Assembly: GCA_020536535.1 (NCBI GenBank)
Contig: JAHLWZ010000530.1
Span: 1-64,000 of the forward strand
Length of the DNA stretch: 64,000 nt
DNA from: Pelomyxa schiedti
Taxonomy: Eukaryota > Protista > Evosea
Direction of reading: 5' to 3'
Position 1 is the first letter of the stretch; the number at the start of each line of letters is the position of its first letter. Below are positions 36,187-46,443 of this stretch, piece after piece. Position numbers and translations under genes: made by a program. The notes below the pieces were generated by a model that had not been told where the DNA came from, ran no database searches, and worked only from the letters and a program-made list of their open reading frames with translations.

Positions 36187-39127
36187 ATGTCCCTGTTGTG
36201 TGTTGCAACAGCCACAACCTCTGCGGAGGTGCCGGGGTTTAATGCCAAAAACTCCAACTTGGAGCGAGACGCCACGGACCTGGCGCGCGGCGTGCGCCCC
36301 GACGGGCTCGCCGCGTCGGTCGCGTGGGACGCCCTCGAGGTCGACAAATACGACGGCGCCGACGCGCGGCCCCACGTCCCCATGCGCAAGCGAGCGCCGG
36401 GGTGCGACCACGACGTGCACAACGGCGCGGCGCTCTCCCAGATCCGCGGCACCTTCCGCCCCGGCACCGTCACCCCAGGCGAGTACCTCGTGTGCTGGCG
36501 CATCCACCTGGAGCACAAGGACGACGACACGGGCGATGTGGCCAGCAGGAAGCCGGCCCACCACGCCGAGAAGGGAGACGAGGAGGGCGTGCTGTGCACG
36601 GTGGGCACAGCGGGGCCCGCGGCGTCCCTCGAGTGCCCCTCTAGCGTGTGGCTGCCGCCTGTTCTGTCCAAGGGGGGCCAGGGCCGACCCGCAGCGCCCT
36701 CTGCTACTTCCAGCACCAGCACCAGCACCAGCAGCACCAGCACTAGCGCTAATGGTTCCGCTGCGGCGCCTGGGTCTGGGGCAGTGTTGGAGGAGGAATG
36801 GCGGGCACTTGTGATTCCATGCAAGGTGGTCGTGGCGGGGAGGGAAGCCGTGAGGGCGTCACTGTCGGACATGAGAGGTAATTATGGGCTTGGTTTTTTT
36901 GGGGGGTTTTTTGTTTTCCAACAATTTTGGCTGCAAAGGTGGTATATCACATTTACAGTAACTCCTTTAAGGTAGCACACTGAGTGGTTTGTCATTTGCA
37001 TCTCTGCATCTCCTGAGATGGGACATATTCACTGCTCTGGTATCTTTATTGCTTTCTATCTTTTTTTTTTTTTTGTACCAACAATGTCCAAATACAGCCG
37101 TACAAATGTGGCCTTGATGCAAACGACTTCGCAGAGTGCAGGGACCTTTACAAACAAGGCAGGAAAGCTGAAGAGAATAAAGAATACAACTCTGCTTTGA
37201 GGTTTTTTGATGATGCCAGGACAAGGTTGAATGCACCTTGCAAAAGATGCAGATACAAAGGGTGCTCATCCTGGGAGCTGGAATTTCGTCGTGATTGCCC
37301 CTGTATCCAGGTTGGTGCATCCCTCATTGCTTGGCGAGCTTGGTCTTTGGTGGCTCTAGCTAAGTATGAAGAAGCTCTGGTTGCAACAGATGAGGCAATC
37401 AGGATGTGGCCTCATGTTGATGTTCATGCAACAAAGGCAGCTGCCCTAATCGCATTGAAGAGATATGAGGAGGCTGTGAAAGAATCAAATTCAGCCATGA
37501 TGCAAGAAGGGAAATGGGACCTCTTCTCAAAAATGTCTCCTTCTGGAATACCAAGAGAGCAAATTCGTACCATGTCTGAAATACTCGCTAACAAGTGCTT
37601 TGCGCTTCATTGTTTTAGCAAAACAGAGGAAGCACTTGCAACGTTGGAACTTGCTGAGACAATTTCTCCCGATTTTCCAGATATTGCTAAATTACGACAA
37701 CTATTATCACCAGATGGAAAATCGTCCTGGAAGGGCGTTGCGTGCGGGAGTGGGAACGAGAGCACAGCATCAGCTACAATGACCCCGTCACAGGGGTCAC
37801 AAGAGTGCGCAGAATTCCTACAAGCAAACATGGGACCGCTTAGGACATGCTGTAATATCCAAGAGTTCCAACACCCCAAATACAAAGGATGTGGCAGTTT
37901 CTCTGTTGTGTTTAAAGCTAGGCACCCTTTTCTTGACGGTTTTCTCTGCCTTAAAATTTTGATCACTATGGAAACGGAATCTGATTCCGCTACTGACTTG
38001 TGGAGGAGGTGTGTCCTACCTTCGTTTTAGAGGATTAACCTGATTTCAGGAAGATAAGTGAAATGGGTAACCTTTCACGACTACCTTGTAACAGTCATAT
38101 ATTGACCCCTTTATCTGCCTTCTTTGGATCCCTACCAACCAGTTGGAGCGATCAGATCTCTGGTTTCATTTAACTACATGCCAACATTCAAGTTAACACG
38201 TTATATTAGCTCCTGAATGGGCTCGGCTATGTAAAACTCGTACAAAATGCTTAATTTTTCTGATGCGTTATGGAGGTTTTACTGACTTTAGATACTTAAT
38301 TTCATACATTTTACATTTCCTCATACAAACTACAATCCAACTTTTTGCAGGCAAACCATTAGACAAGTGGTGTAGTAAGTATAAGCTCGATAAAGAAGAC
38401 TGGTCCTGCCTTTTCAAGCAAGTCTTAGAAGCTCTGGGGTGCTTGGCCAGGAACTCTATTGTTCACCGCGACCTCAAGGTACTTTTCCCGTCCCAATGAG
38501 TAATGATATCACCCTTTGCTCTAGAGTTCCAACATTCTCGTGAGTGGTACTCCACACGACCTCCCTCCACATATCCCCCTCTGTCTGCGGATAATTGATT
38601 TTGGCATTTCCATTAGGACCACGGGTGAAGATATGTGCTACCCACTTGGCAATGATGAAGCCCGATGGGGGTGTCCCTTGACCGTTCCCCCTGAGATTGC
38701 GCAGCTACAAAAAACCTTAGCTCCCCCCAGCCCTTGGCTACCCACAATGACTGCCATATGCGCATCCGCCGCATCACCCACACCTACTACTACACCCACG
38801 CCGGCACCACCAGCGTCCACATCCACACCTACACCTGCAACGATCAGTACCCCGACATCATCCTCTGCACCACCAGCAGCAATCCCCCTCACCCACGTTT
38901 CCTACGCCAAGGCTGATTCCTACGCCGCCGCTGTCACGTTCTGGAAGGAGATGTCTGAGCCCTGCAAGGTCTTCTCGCCGGCATCACCCCCCCCACTGTG
39001 GCCACACCTCAGGGGTGGACAACTCGAGGCTGTATTGACTGCCATGATGCTACCCGACCCTGTTGACAGGATGTCAGCAACTGCCGCACTGCAGAAGCTC
39101 AGACAGACCACTGTGGACCAACTTTAA
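36187..39127 (+). CDS. PP2-like - TPR - Ser/Thr kinase (PINK1-like kinase clade), multi-exon
   Basis: N-domain PGEYLVCWRIHL..EEEWRAL..VRASLSDMRG..SGLSF. TPRs (RAWSLVALAKYEEAL, KAAALIALKRYEEAV). Kinase motifs GCGSFSVVF, LKIL, IVHRDLK-SSNILV, IIDFG, WGCPLTVPPEI, YAKADSYA. Confidence 0.75.
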
Positions 39128-40613
39128 CAACCAGTAAGGGGCTGATTGTTGTGTAGAATGTGATACATGTTTTTTTTTTTCTTGTTACTCATTGCCTTGG
39201 GTGAGTTGGGTATCTGATGTTGGGAAGTCAAGGCCCCAGTAGTCAGGGGGTGTACTTGGGGCTTCGAATTGGCTCCTGTGTCGAGAGCACTCTTGGAGGA
39301 TTTCTCTCGCTTCCTGCTTGGTTCTTTCACGGGTGTTTGGGGAGTCGTCATCACCTAAAGTTGAAACCTTTAGGACTGGTTGTGCTGTGTTGGGTTTATA
39401 CCTGCAAGAAAGTCAGGCAGAGCCTGCTGAAAGGAAGCGCATTCTGTGCAGGTCTGTTTCATACAGCAGTTAGTTTCCTTATCAGTGGAAAATTTATTGA
39501 TACATGGCCTGTAAGTTTTTCCCTAGCACTCTTTTTTCTTACAACCTCAACAAAAGGTTTGACTGTCTTTGTAGGCGGAAGTTTTGTTATATCTCGAGCT
39601 GACGCTGCGGATTGAGGTACATTTCTGGCTCCTCCTGTTGGAGGCAGAACAATTTTTTGGGAAAGAAGTGGATCACCTCTGACAATCGGGTCCAGATGTG
39701 GGGGCTCAGTTAACTAAAAGCCCGGAATTAAAAATTGTGAAAGGTTGCACGTAGGTACATTCAGGAGAGGGCTATCAGTGCCTACACAGAGAGGTAAAGC
39801 CGGAGGCAGCCCGGCTGCATCCACATTTCTAGTATTACTTAGTGTATTGTTTGAATGTAAGGACGAAACTGTAAAGTGAGGGCAGTAGGTCCGGCATTGC
39901 TAGAGGCCTTTTTACGGGCGTTCTCTGCACTAGCAAATGTTGTGAATGATAGTTTTCGAGGTGACAGACAAAGTCGCACTTGTGGTGGTAAGGGCGTTGG
40001 TTGTTTTACTTCTGCTTGCTGAGGTTTATATTTCTTTGGCGTAGGAGGCAAGCAATCAACTTTGAGAAAAGTATCAGATAATCAAGAGAGTGAAGCCCAA
40101 CCAAAGTTTGGGATTAGGTACTTGCGTCATCCACATGGATTTTCGTTCTCTTTGCAGTGTCAGTATGAGTCGAAGCAGCATTTTGCGGTGGATTCCTGCT
40201 AGATTTCGTTTGGCATTTCGTCTGCTGGGCAGTGTCTGATTCCAATTTTCGGGACAGCAGAATGGCGCATCTCTTGAGTTTGTGTTGCAACGTTTGCACT
40301 TCGGCCTTAAGTTCCTCGTTGTGGTGCTCCAGTTCCTCGCACTTTTTTTTGTACGCGTCTATTTTCTCGGCCCAGCGAGTTCTGGACTTGTTGTGCCTCT
40401 CAGACAACGTCGTCACTCGTTTCGCCAACTCACTAACTTCTTGGTTGTGTGCCGCCTCTAACTTACACCAGTTTGAACGTTGGAGAAAAAAAAAAAGAAA
40501 AGACACACCTGTAGCAGCAGAGAACTAAAACTACTTGTTGTCGTGGGGCCAACGGCTGTGGTCGCCCCGTTGTCGTCGTGGCACTGGTCGTTGTCCCCGC
40601 AATCATCTTTCAT
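39124..40613 (-). CDS. Hypothetical coiled-coil protein with a basic low-complexity C-terminus
   Basis: Coiled coil WAEKIDAYKKKCEELEHHNEELKAEVQTLQHKL. Downstream K/P-rich exons; boundaries uncertain. Confidence 0.5.
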
Positions 40614-40789
40614 GGAAAATTATTTACCTGGTGGTAACTGGCCGCGATTTGATCTACCCCTGTAGTGGACAGGCAATACTCTCCTGTGCAACAACAGAAC
40701 CACGAAAGAAGGAGGAAAACTAAAACACTACGGCACTGTGTTGCTCCGTTTGGACGGAAAAAGATCTTTTCAAGGGGCACCAACTTGCC

Positions 40790-41005
40790 TCAATTGTTTG
40801 TCCCAGGAGGAGGAGGCGGCGGCGGAGGAGTACGCGAGGAAGCGCCCTTCCGAGCACAGCACGGGTTCACAGGATACGAAGACCGTGGTAGCGGTGGGGG
40901 AGGGGCGCCGCTGACGTCACAAGCCAGGAAGGCGGCGTTCATGGGAGGTGGCGGAGGCGGTGGGGCCGGGGGTGCCGAGGATTGCTCTGCTTCGTTTGAC
41001 GACAT
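40790..41005 (-). CDS. Small proline-rich ORF, similar to the N-terminus of the gene at 46444
   Basis: PPPPPPPMNAAFLACDVSGAPPPPLP...PPPPPPPPGTNN* versus PPPPPPLHGAALLVVDGSGPPPPPPLP...PPPPPPPPGTKS. Confidence 0.4.
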   Translation of the reverse strand: MSSNEAEQSSAPPAPPPPPPPMNAAFLACDVSGAPPPPLPRSSYPVNPCCARKGASSRTPPPPPPPPGTNN

Positions 41006-41160
41006 CGTATCGTGTCGAGAGGATGCAGGGGTTCGATCTATTATTTTTTTTTGTCAGAGAAAAAAAGTGGAAGTGGTGGAAAAGTTGCATCAGACAACTC
41101 AAATTACAAAAAAGAAAACATAAACATATTGCAACGATCGGCATTTGTTTGCGTGACTAC

Positions 41161-41678
41161 ATGAAGGTGTTCATCGAGTACTGGTGTGTATTTGGTGTTT
41201 ATTGTAGCGTCTTTACGCTGTCGTTTTTCCTCTGTCATTTGACCTCACCTTTTGCTACAGCCAAGTCTGAAACTTTCATGTTTGTACCACTTTTCCTTCA
41301 TTTTCTTTGATTTCATTTTGTTACAAAACCTAAATCCCCTATCAGCCCGCCTTCCTCAGGGTAAAGGAAGAGGTAAAACACGGTCTTCATGCACAAAAAC
41401 CATTTTAACTTTACACTATATAGCTCGAAAAGAGCTTCCCTGGGGTAGTGGTTATTGGAAACAAGACCGCTCCACGCACTGGGGCGTTCGAGGTTACTGA
41501 TGAGAGGGGCACATTGTACTGGTCCGCATTTGATGGAGATTCTCACAACCCTAAGGTATTCCTTTCCCAGTTGCCTCTGTTTATGTTTTCCATTTACAAA
41601 AACCAAAACACCTTATCTCGAACCAAATAGACTGGCGCTGTTTCCGCCCGCATGCGCGAGCGCGGATTCTCCTCCTAA
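41161..41678 (+). CDS. Selenoprotein of the Rdx (SelW/SelT/SelH) family, CxxU motif, 5 exons, 82 aa
   Basis: Exons 41161-41183, 41261-41279, 41346-41372, 41424-41555 and 41631-41678 (all GT..AG) give MKVFIEYCQVUNFHPAFLRVKEELEKSFPGVVVIGNKTAPRTGAFEVTDERGTLYWSAFDGDSHNPKTGAVSARMRERGFSS*. TGA is at 41268-41270. IEYCxxU and PRTGAFEV are Rdx hallmarks. Confidence 0.88.
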
Positions 41679-41811
41679 AGTGCCCTCTCTTTGTGCCCCC
41701 CTGCGTGGACTGTGCATGCTGTCATCATCAAGGTGCTGAGGCAGGTTGATTGGCCCTGTGGCTCGTTGTGCAGAGTGGAGTAGCCCGCTTCCCGTAGTCC
41801 TGTTTTGCACA

Positions 41812-41876
41812 GTGCATAGGTGATACTGATGTGCCTCAAGCGTAACAACGTCGGCACATTCCGTTGATGTTTGCAC
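41812..41876 (+). promoter_or_regulatory. SECIS element (type II, GUGA variant) in the selenoprotein 3'UTR
   Basis: Helix I GUGCA/UGCAC. Core GUGAU/UGAU. Helix II ACUG-AUGUGCC/GGCACAU-UCCGU. Unpaired AA, then mini-helix GCGU/ACGU with an AACA loop. Core-to-AA spacing is 14 nt, slightly long. Confidence 0.75.
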
Positions 41877-42056
41877 CACAACCGGGACTTGAGCGGCTCG
41901 CCCCTCTGCGTTCTGCACCACAACACAATCCCAATTACACCTCCACAACAGCACCACAAACACAGCCCCCGCGTAGACTTCAACAAAGAATTCTATCACA
42001 TGATGCACATTGGTCCAAAAAAAGCAACAATCACGGGGCCAAAAAAAAAAAAGTGA

Positions 42057-42595
42057 ATGTGTGACGCTCCAGGCGACACCTCGAGCGCGATCGGCGCCGA
42101 AACAGCCGAACAGACCCACGGTGCGTAAACAAAAGAAAAAAAAGAGAAAAACACCATGTTGCCCTCTTTCGACGTCACCACCTAACAACAAACAACAAAC
42201 AACAAACAACAAACAACAAACAACAAACAACAAACAACAAACAACAAACAAAAAAAGGCACGCACACGCCGACGCGAGACTTCTCCCTCGCCATAGCGGA
42301 GGAGTGCGAGTACGAAACAACCACGACCGCGATAATACCACCGCACCAACACGAGAGCCAGCAACGCCGCCGTAACTCCGACGTGTTCGTCGATGTGACT
42401 GGGACTGGGACTGCCAGCAGTGTACTGCAGCAACTCGGACTGCAAAATCAAGTTGTGGGAGAGTGCGAGGAAGACACCAGCGAGGTGGAGCTTGTGAGTG
42501 AGGTGGATGGGGACTACGAGCCAACGGGGAGCACGCCGCCCGCGGCGGTACCGGCTCAGCAATTGCAATTTGCCACGGAGCCACGTGAAATCAAC

Positions 42596-42638
<43 letters not shown>

Positions 42639-44926
42639 CCACAACACCAGAGGGGGCCTGCGGGACATATACTGTTGCCAATGTCAATTCTAATGCCGTG
42701 GACGATGCTGAAGGGGAGGGAGAGGCCAGGGGCTATGGCCTTGATGTTACCAATTCAAGCGTGGAAAGTGCTGCGGAATTGCAGGGTGGGAACACAGAGG
42801 GGATGAGTGGTGGTGGTAGTGGTGTGGCGGGGACAGAAAATGGAAGTGCGATTGCAGGAGTTTGTGGGGGAAGGGGCGGGAGAGAGGGAGGGAATGATAT
42901 CGACGAGAGGGACATTGACGAGGTGGAGGGGTTTGATGAGCTGTCGTCGGGAGTGTCTAATAATGGAGAGGGAGGTGGTGTGGGGACTGATGAGAACGTC
43001 TGCTCGCCTTATTTAGCACAGTCGAGGGAGGGTGAGCAACAACACGAGCAAGCCGACCAAGGTGGTGGCACTACTGAGAACCTTCAAAATTCCACTGTTG
43101 CAGGGAGCCCCTATCTGCTTAGGAACAGGAACCGTTTTGCCTTACTGAAATCTCTCCCGTATTCAGTTTGCTACATTCCACCATATTTGTTTACTTAACT
43201 CTGAACACCCCCAAAACAGTTGGACTCCCTTGAGTGGGATGAGAATCACATGTTCAACACCGATGATGTTTACTGCTACTGTGGTGGCGGGAAAACGGCT
43301 GACATGCTTCTATGCGATAACTGTTGTGCTAGATTTCATCAAAGTAGGCATTGTGTTATCTGAAGGAAGCCAATTCTCGCAATAGGTTGTGTGCCCATTC
43401 TTGAAGGAAAGCAAAGGCAACTAACTGGAGATTGTGGATATCGCTTTATATGTCTTTTTTGTGGCGCTGGAAAAGAGTCTTTCACCCGTATCCAAAAAAC
43501 TTGGTAGTGTATGTCACAATTTACAATGTACACTAAACTTTTAACCCTCCTGACAGGGCGCACATACTTGAAATTACCCTCTTCAATCTCTCGGAGAGCC
43601 GCTCGAGTTCAACACCCGGGCGACGGAAGTTACAGTTTACTATGAAAGGTGAAATTCTCCCTTGGATTCAGAATCACTGGAATACCTCTCTATGCCACGG
43701 GAAATCAGGTATAACATATTCACAGCACAAAAACTGCTTATCATATCCTAGCAGAAAACTGGGAACAAGAAGTCCGTGAAGCTGCCAAAGATCGAAAGAA
43801 GTTCAAAATTCACTGTGGTTTGTTGTTCTCTTGTGCTATTAACACTGAAGAGACAACTACCTTTTAGCCAAAGTCGCTCGTACAAAGGATACCAATCCTT
43901 GGTTACTGTATGACACTCCAAATAAACAATTCCCTGAGGAAATGTATGCCCTATTTCCTTCACACATCATTCTCATTCTTAGAAACTACCAGCGAAGAGT
44001 CAAACACAATCAGTAAAAAACACCAAAAAAAAAAACCTGCACAAGGAAAAAACCATCGCAAAAGGCGCTGTGGCTCGTGTGAGGTTTTCCCATTTCTTCA
44101 ACAAAACACTCTTCTCACTCAACAAAAAAGGCTTGCACAAGGGAAGATTGTGGAAAATGTGTAAATTGTCTTGATAAAGGGAAATTTGGAGGTCCAGACC
44201 ACAAGAGACAGTCTTGCGTTCTGAGAAAATGTGTGAACATGCAGTACACTACAGAAGGTAATTTAGCTGTAATTCTGTTGCACTTATAATGAAAAAATGC
44301 AAAAAGTTAGAAGAGCAAGTAAGGCACACTATAAACCCAAAAGAAGGAAAATAGCACCTAAGAAGAGAACTCACGATGACCCGGAATTGTCCTCGTCATC
44401 TTTCTCAGCTGAGTCGTCGTCTTCCTATTCAGACGCAGACTATCCAATCTACCATTCGTCATCCTTAGACGATGATGCACCATCACCACTTACCCCATCA
44501 TCCGCATCAGGGGGAGAGGAACCATCACGTCCCCCTAGCGGTTCACACGACATCCCCGGCACACCCCCAACACCACCCAGTGACACTCCACAGCAACAAG
44601 AAATCCAAAAATCATCTAATGCAAAAAATACAAGAAACCGCAGAAGTTCAAGAATCACACCCAAATCCTCATCCAGGGCTACTTCAGTATACACTACCTC
44701 AACAACCGCAACCACAACACAAGCATCAACCGGAACTAAACAAAGACACAAAACTGCACACACCGCACCAAAACAAACAACAACAAGCGTTGATGGGCCC
44801 AATGGCTCCAACACATCCACTCACAACAAACCTGTGCCATTAGGCCTTGTTGAGCGAGTCTCAGGCCCCAGCCTCCGCACACCCTTCTTCTTCCAACTGA
44901 GACGACTTCTCCACACTGCACTGTAG
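42057..44926 (+). CDS. Chromatin protein: Polycomb-like/ASH2L-type PHD-winged helix (EH) plus CXXC zinc finger
   Basis: LEWDENHMFNTDDVYCYCGGGKTADMLLCDNCCARFHQSC..RFICLFCGAGKESFTRIQKTWAHILEITLFNL..EILPWIQNHW. CXXC: RKRRCGSCE-ACTREDCGKCVNCLDKGKFGGPDHKRQSCVLRKC. First exon 42057-42120. Confidence 0.8.
42184..42250. repeat. (AACAACA)n tandem repeat inside intron 1
   Basis: About 9-10 perfect 7-mer units directly before the A-rich AG acceptor. Confidence 0.85.
42596..42639 (+). repeat. (ACA)n microsatellite encoding poly-Thr
   Basis: About 14 ACA units in frame. Confidence 0.9.
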
Positions 44927-45089
44927 AGAGGCCCTTGAAAGGCCCTAAGTGTGCATATCACCCAATAAAATAGCAGTAGCACCACCTTGATGTCAATACA
45001 AACCAAAATGGTGCCCGAAATTTTTTTTTTTTTGGAGTTGCTCAAGGCTCAAGTTTTCAAACCACAACCCAAAAAAAAAATACCTCAAC

Positions 45090-46149
45090 ATGACGCGGCA
45101 CCGTGGTAGCCTTGTACTGGTGCGAAATGCAGAAAGCCACGGGTTCTCGCGAGCATGTGGGGGTGCCAAGGCGATGAATATGAATGCAACGAGGCAGGAG
45201 AAGCAGTGCGGGTCAAAGGGGGGTCTGTTTCGTGGTGAGGGAGTGGCCCGGCGGTCATTGGACGAGTGTGGGCTGTCACTGGATTCGGTGCTGGAGCAGC
45301 TTGGGAAGGCTTGTTCTGTGGAGGGTCGCAATGCTGTTGGGGAGGCCCTCGGGGGATGCAATCGCGATTGCAGTGGTGGTGGGGGAGTGCATGGGGGGAA
45401 AGAAAAGGAGTGCGTGGGTCCTTTGCCTCCTTCTGTGGGTGACAGTATCTCCTCGCTGTATGTACTATTTGTTGGGGATATGTCCAGTTGATTGTGATTT
45501 GTTTGCGCTTAACTGGTGAAGGAGTGCAACGAAGGAGGGCATGAGAGCGAAAAAGCTGGCTGTCAAGACTCTGAAGAAATTATTCCCAGAAACGGCCGCT
45601 TATGAAGAGGGAGTCACACGCGGAAATGAAAATGCTCAGAACATCCAGCCGGAATCTTGTCTGAGTTTCTTGTGTGAGCCGCAGTCCACTGCCACCAATC
45701 CCGTTTTAGAAGCATCAACTTTGATGGAGAATTCCAGCACCCCAGAGAAAGTTGCCGAGGGAGTATTTGTAGAGGAGGCTGAAAAGAGGAGGGTTTATCC
45801 GGACGATGCACTGATCCAGGAGCTTCAGAGGCAAGTGGAAGAGATCAAACTCATTGTCCAACAGAATATAGCCATCGCTACTGCCAATAGAGAACATGTA
45901 ATAACACTCATAATAATATATGGATTTATACTTACTTTACTGTAGGCTGAAGTGCTCAAGAAGAAGAGTGAAGGGCTCAAATTTCACTCCAGCCTTTTCA
46001 AAAAGAAAGGTGAGCAACTGAAAAACCACTTCTGGAGGCAGAATGCAACTCTGATAATCATCATCGCCCTCATTGTAGTTGCTGTAGCCATTGTCCTTGC
46101 CATGATATTAGGGGCAATGACAGCCATGATCGTAGTGTCTTTGCTGTGA
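45090..46149 (+). CDS. R-SNARE (synaptobrevin/VAMP-like) with a non-longin N-terminal extension
   Basis: IQELQRQVEEIKLIVQQNIAIATANREH-AEVLKKKSEGLKFHSSLFKKKGEQLKNHFWRQN followed by a C-terminal TM. Start uncertain. Confidence 0.75.
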
Positions 46150-46443
46150 ATTCCTATCTTCTAGAATTCTTATTCCTTCATTTCTAGTGGCGTTGATGCC
46201 CTAGTTCGCTCACTTCGTTTTTCTTTGAAGGAGAACAAAAAGTATTGTCTGGCCAGAGGAAAACTGGTATTGTGCTGCGTGTGGCTAACAAATGAGCGTA
46301 TTGGAATTGTGGGGTACGAAACCAACAGCGACGACGTCCCGCAGTTCGCCGTCGCCACTCACAACTGATTCGAATTGTTCCCAATTTCGTGGAAGGCAAT
46401 TATGCAGAAAACCGAACCAACAACAACTAAAAAAAACCGAAGT

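Noticed and set aside
40700-40792. TGA after PPPGTNN as a SelK-like Sec codon
   Set aside because: No TM segment, no nearby true stop as in SelK, and no SECIS found on that strand.
41613-42584. 323-aa minus-strand ORF with LFVVCC repeats
   Set aside because: Arises from the intronic (AACAACA)n repeat and lies antisense to the SECIS and the PHD gene.
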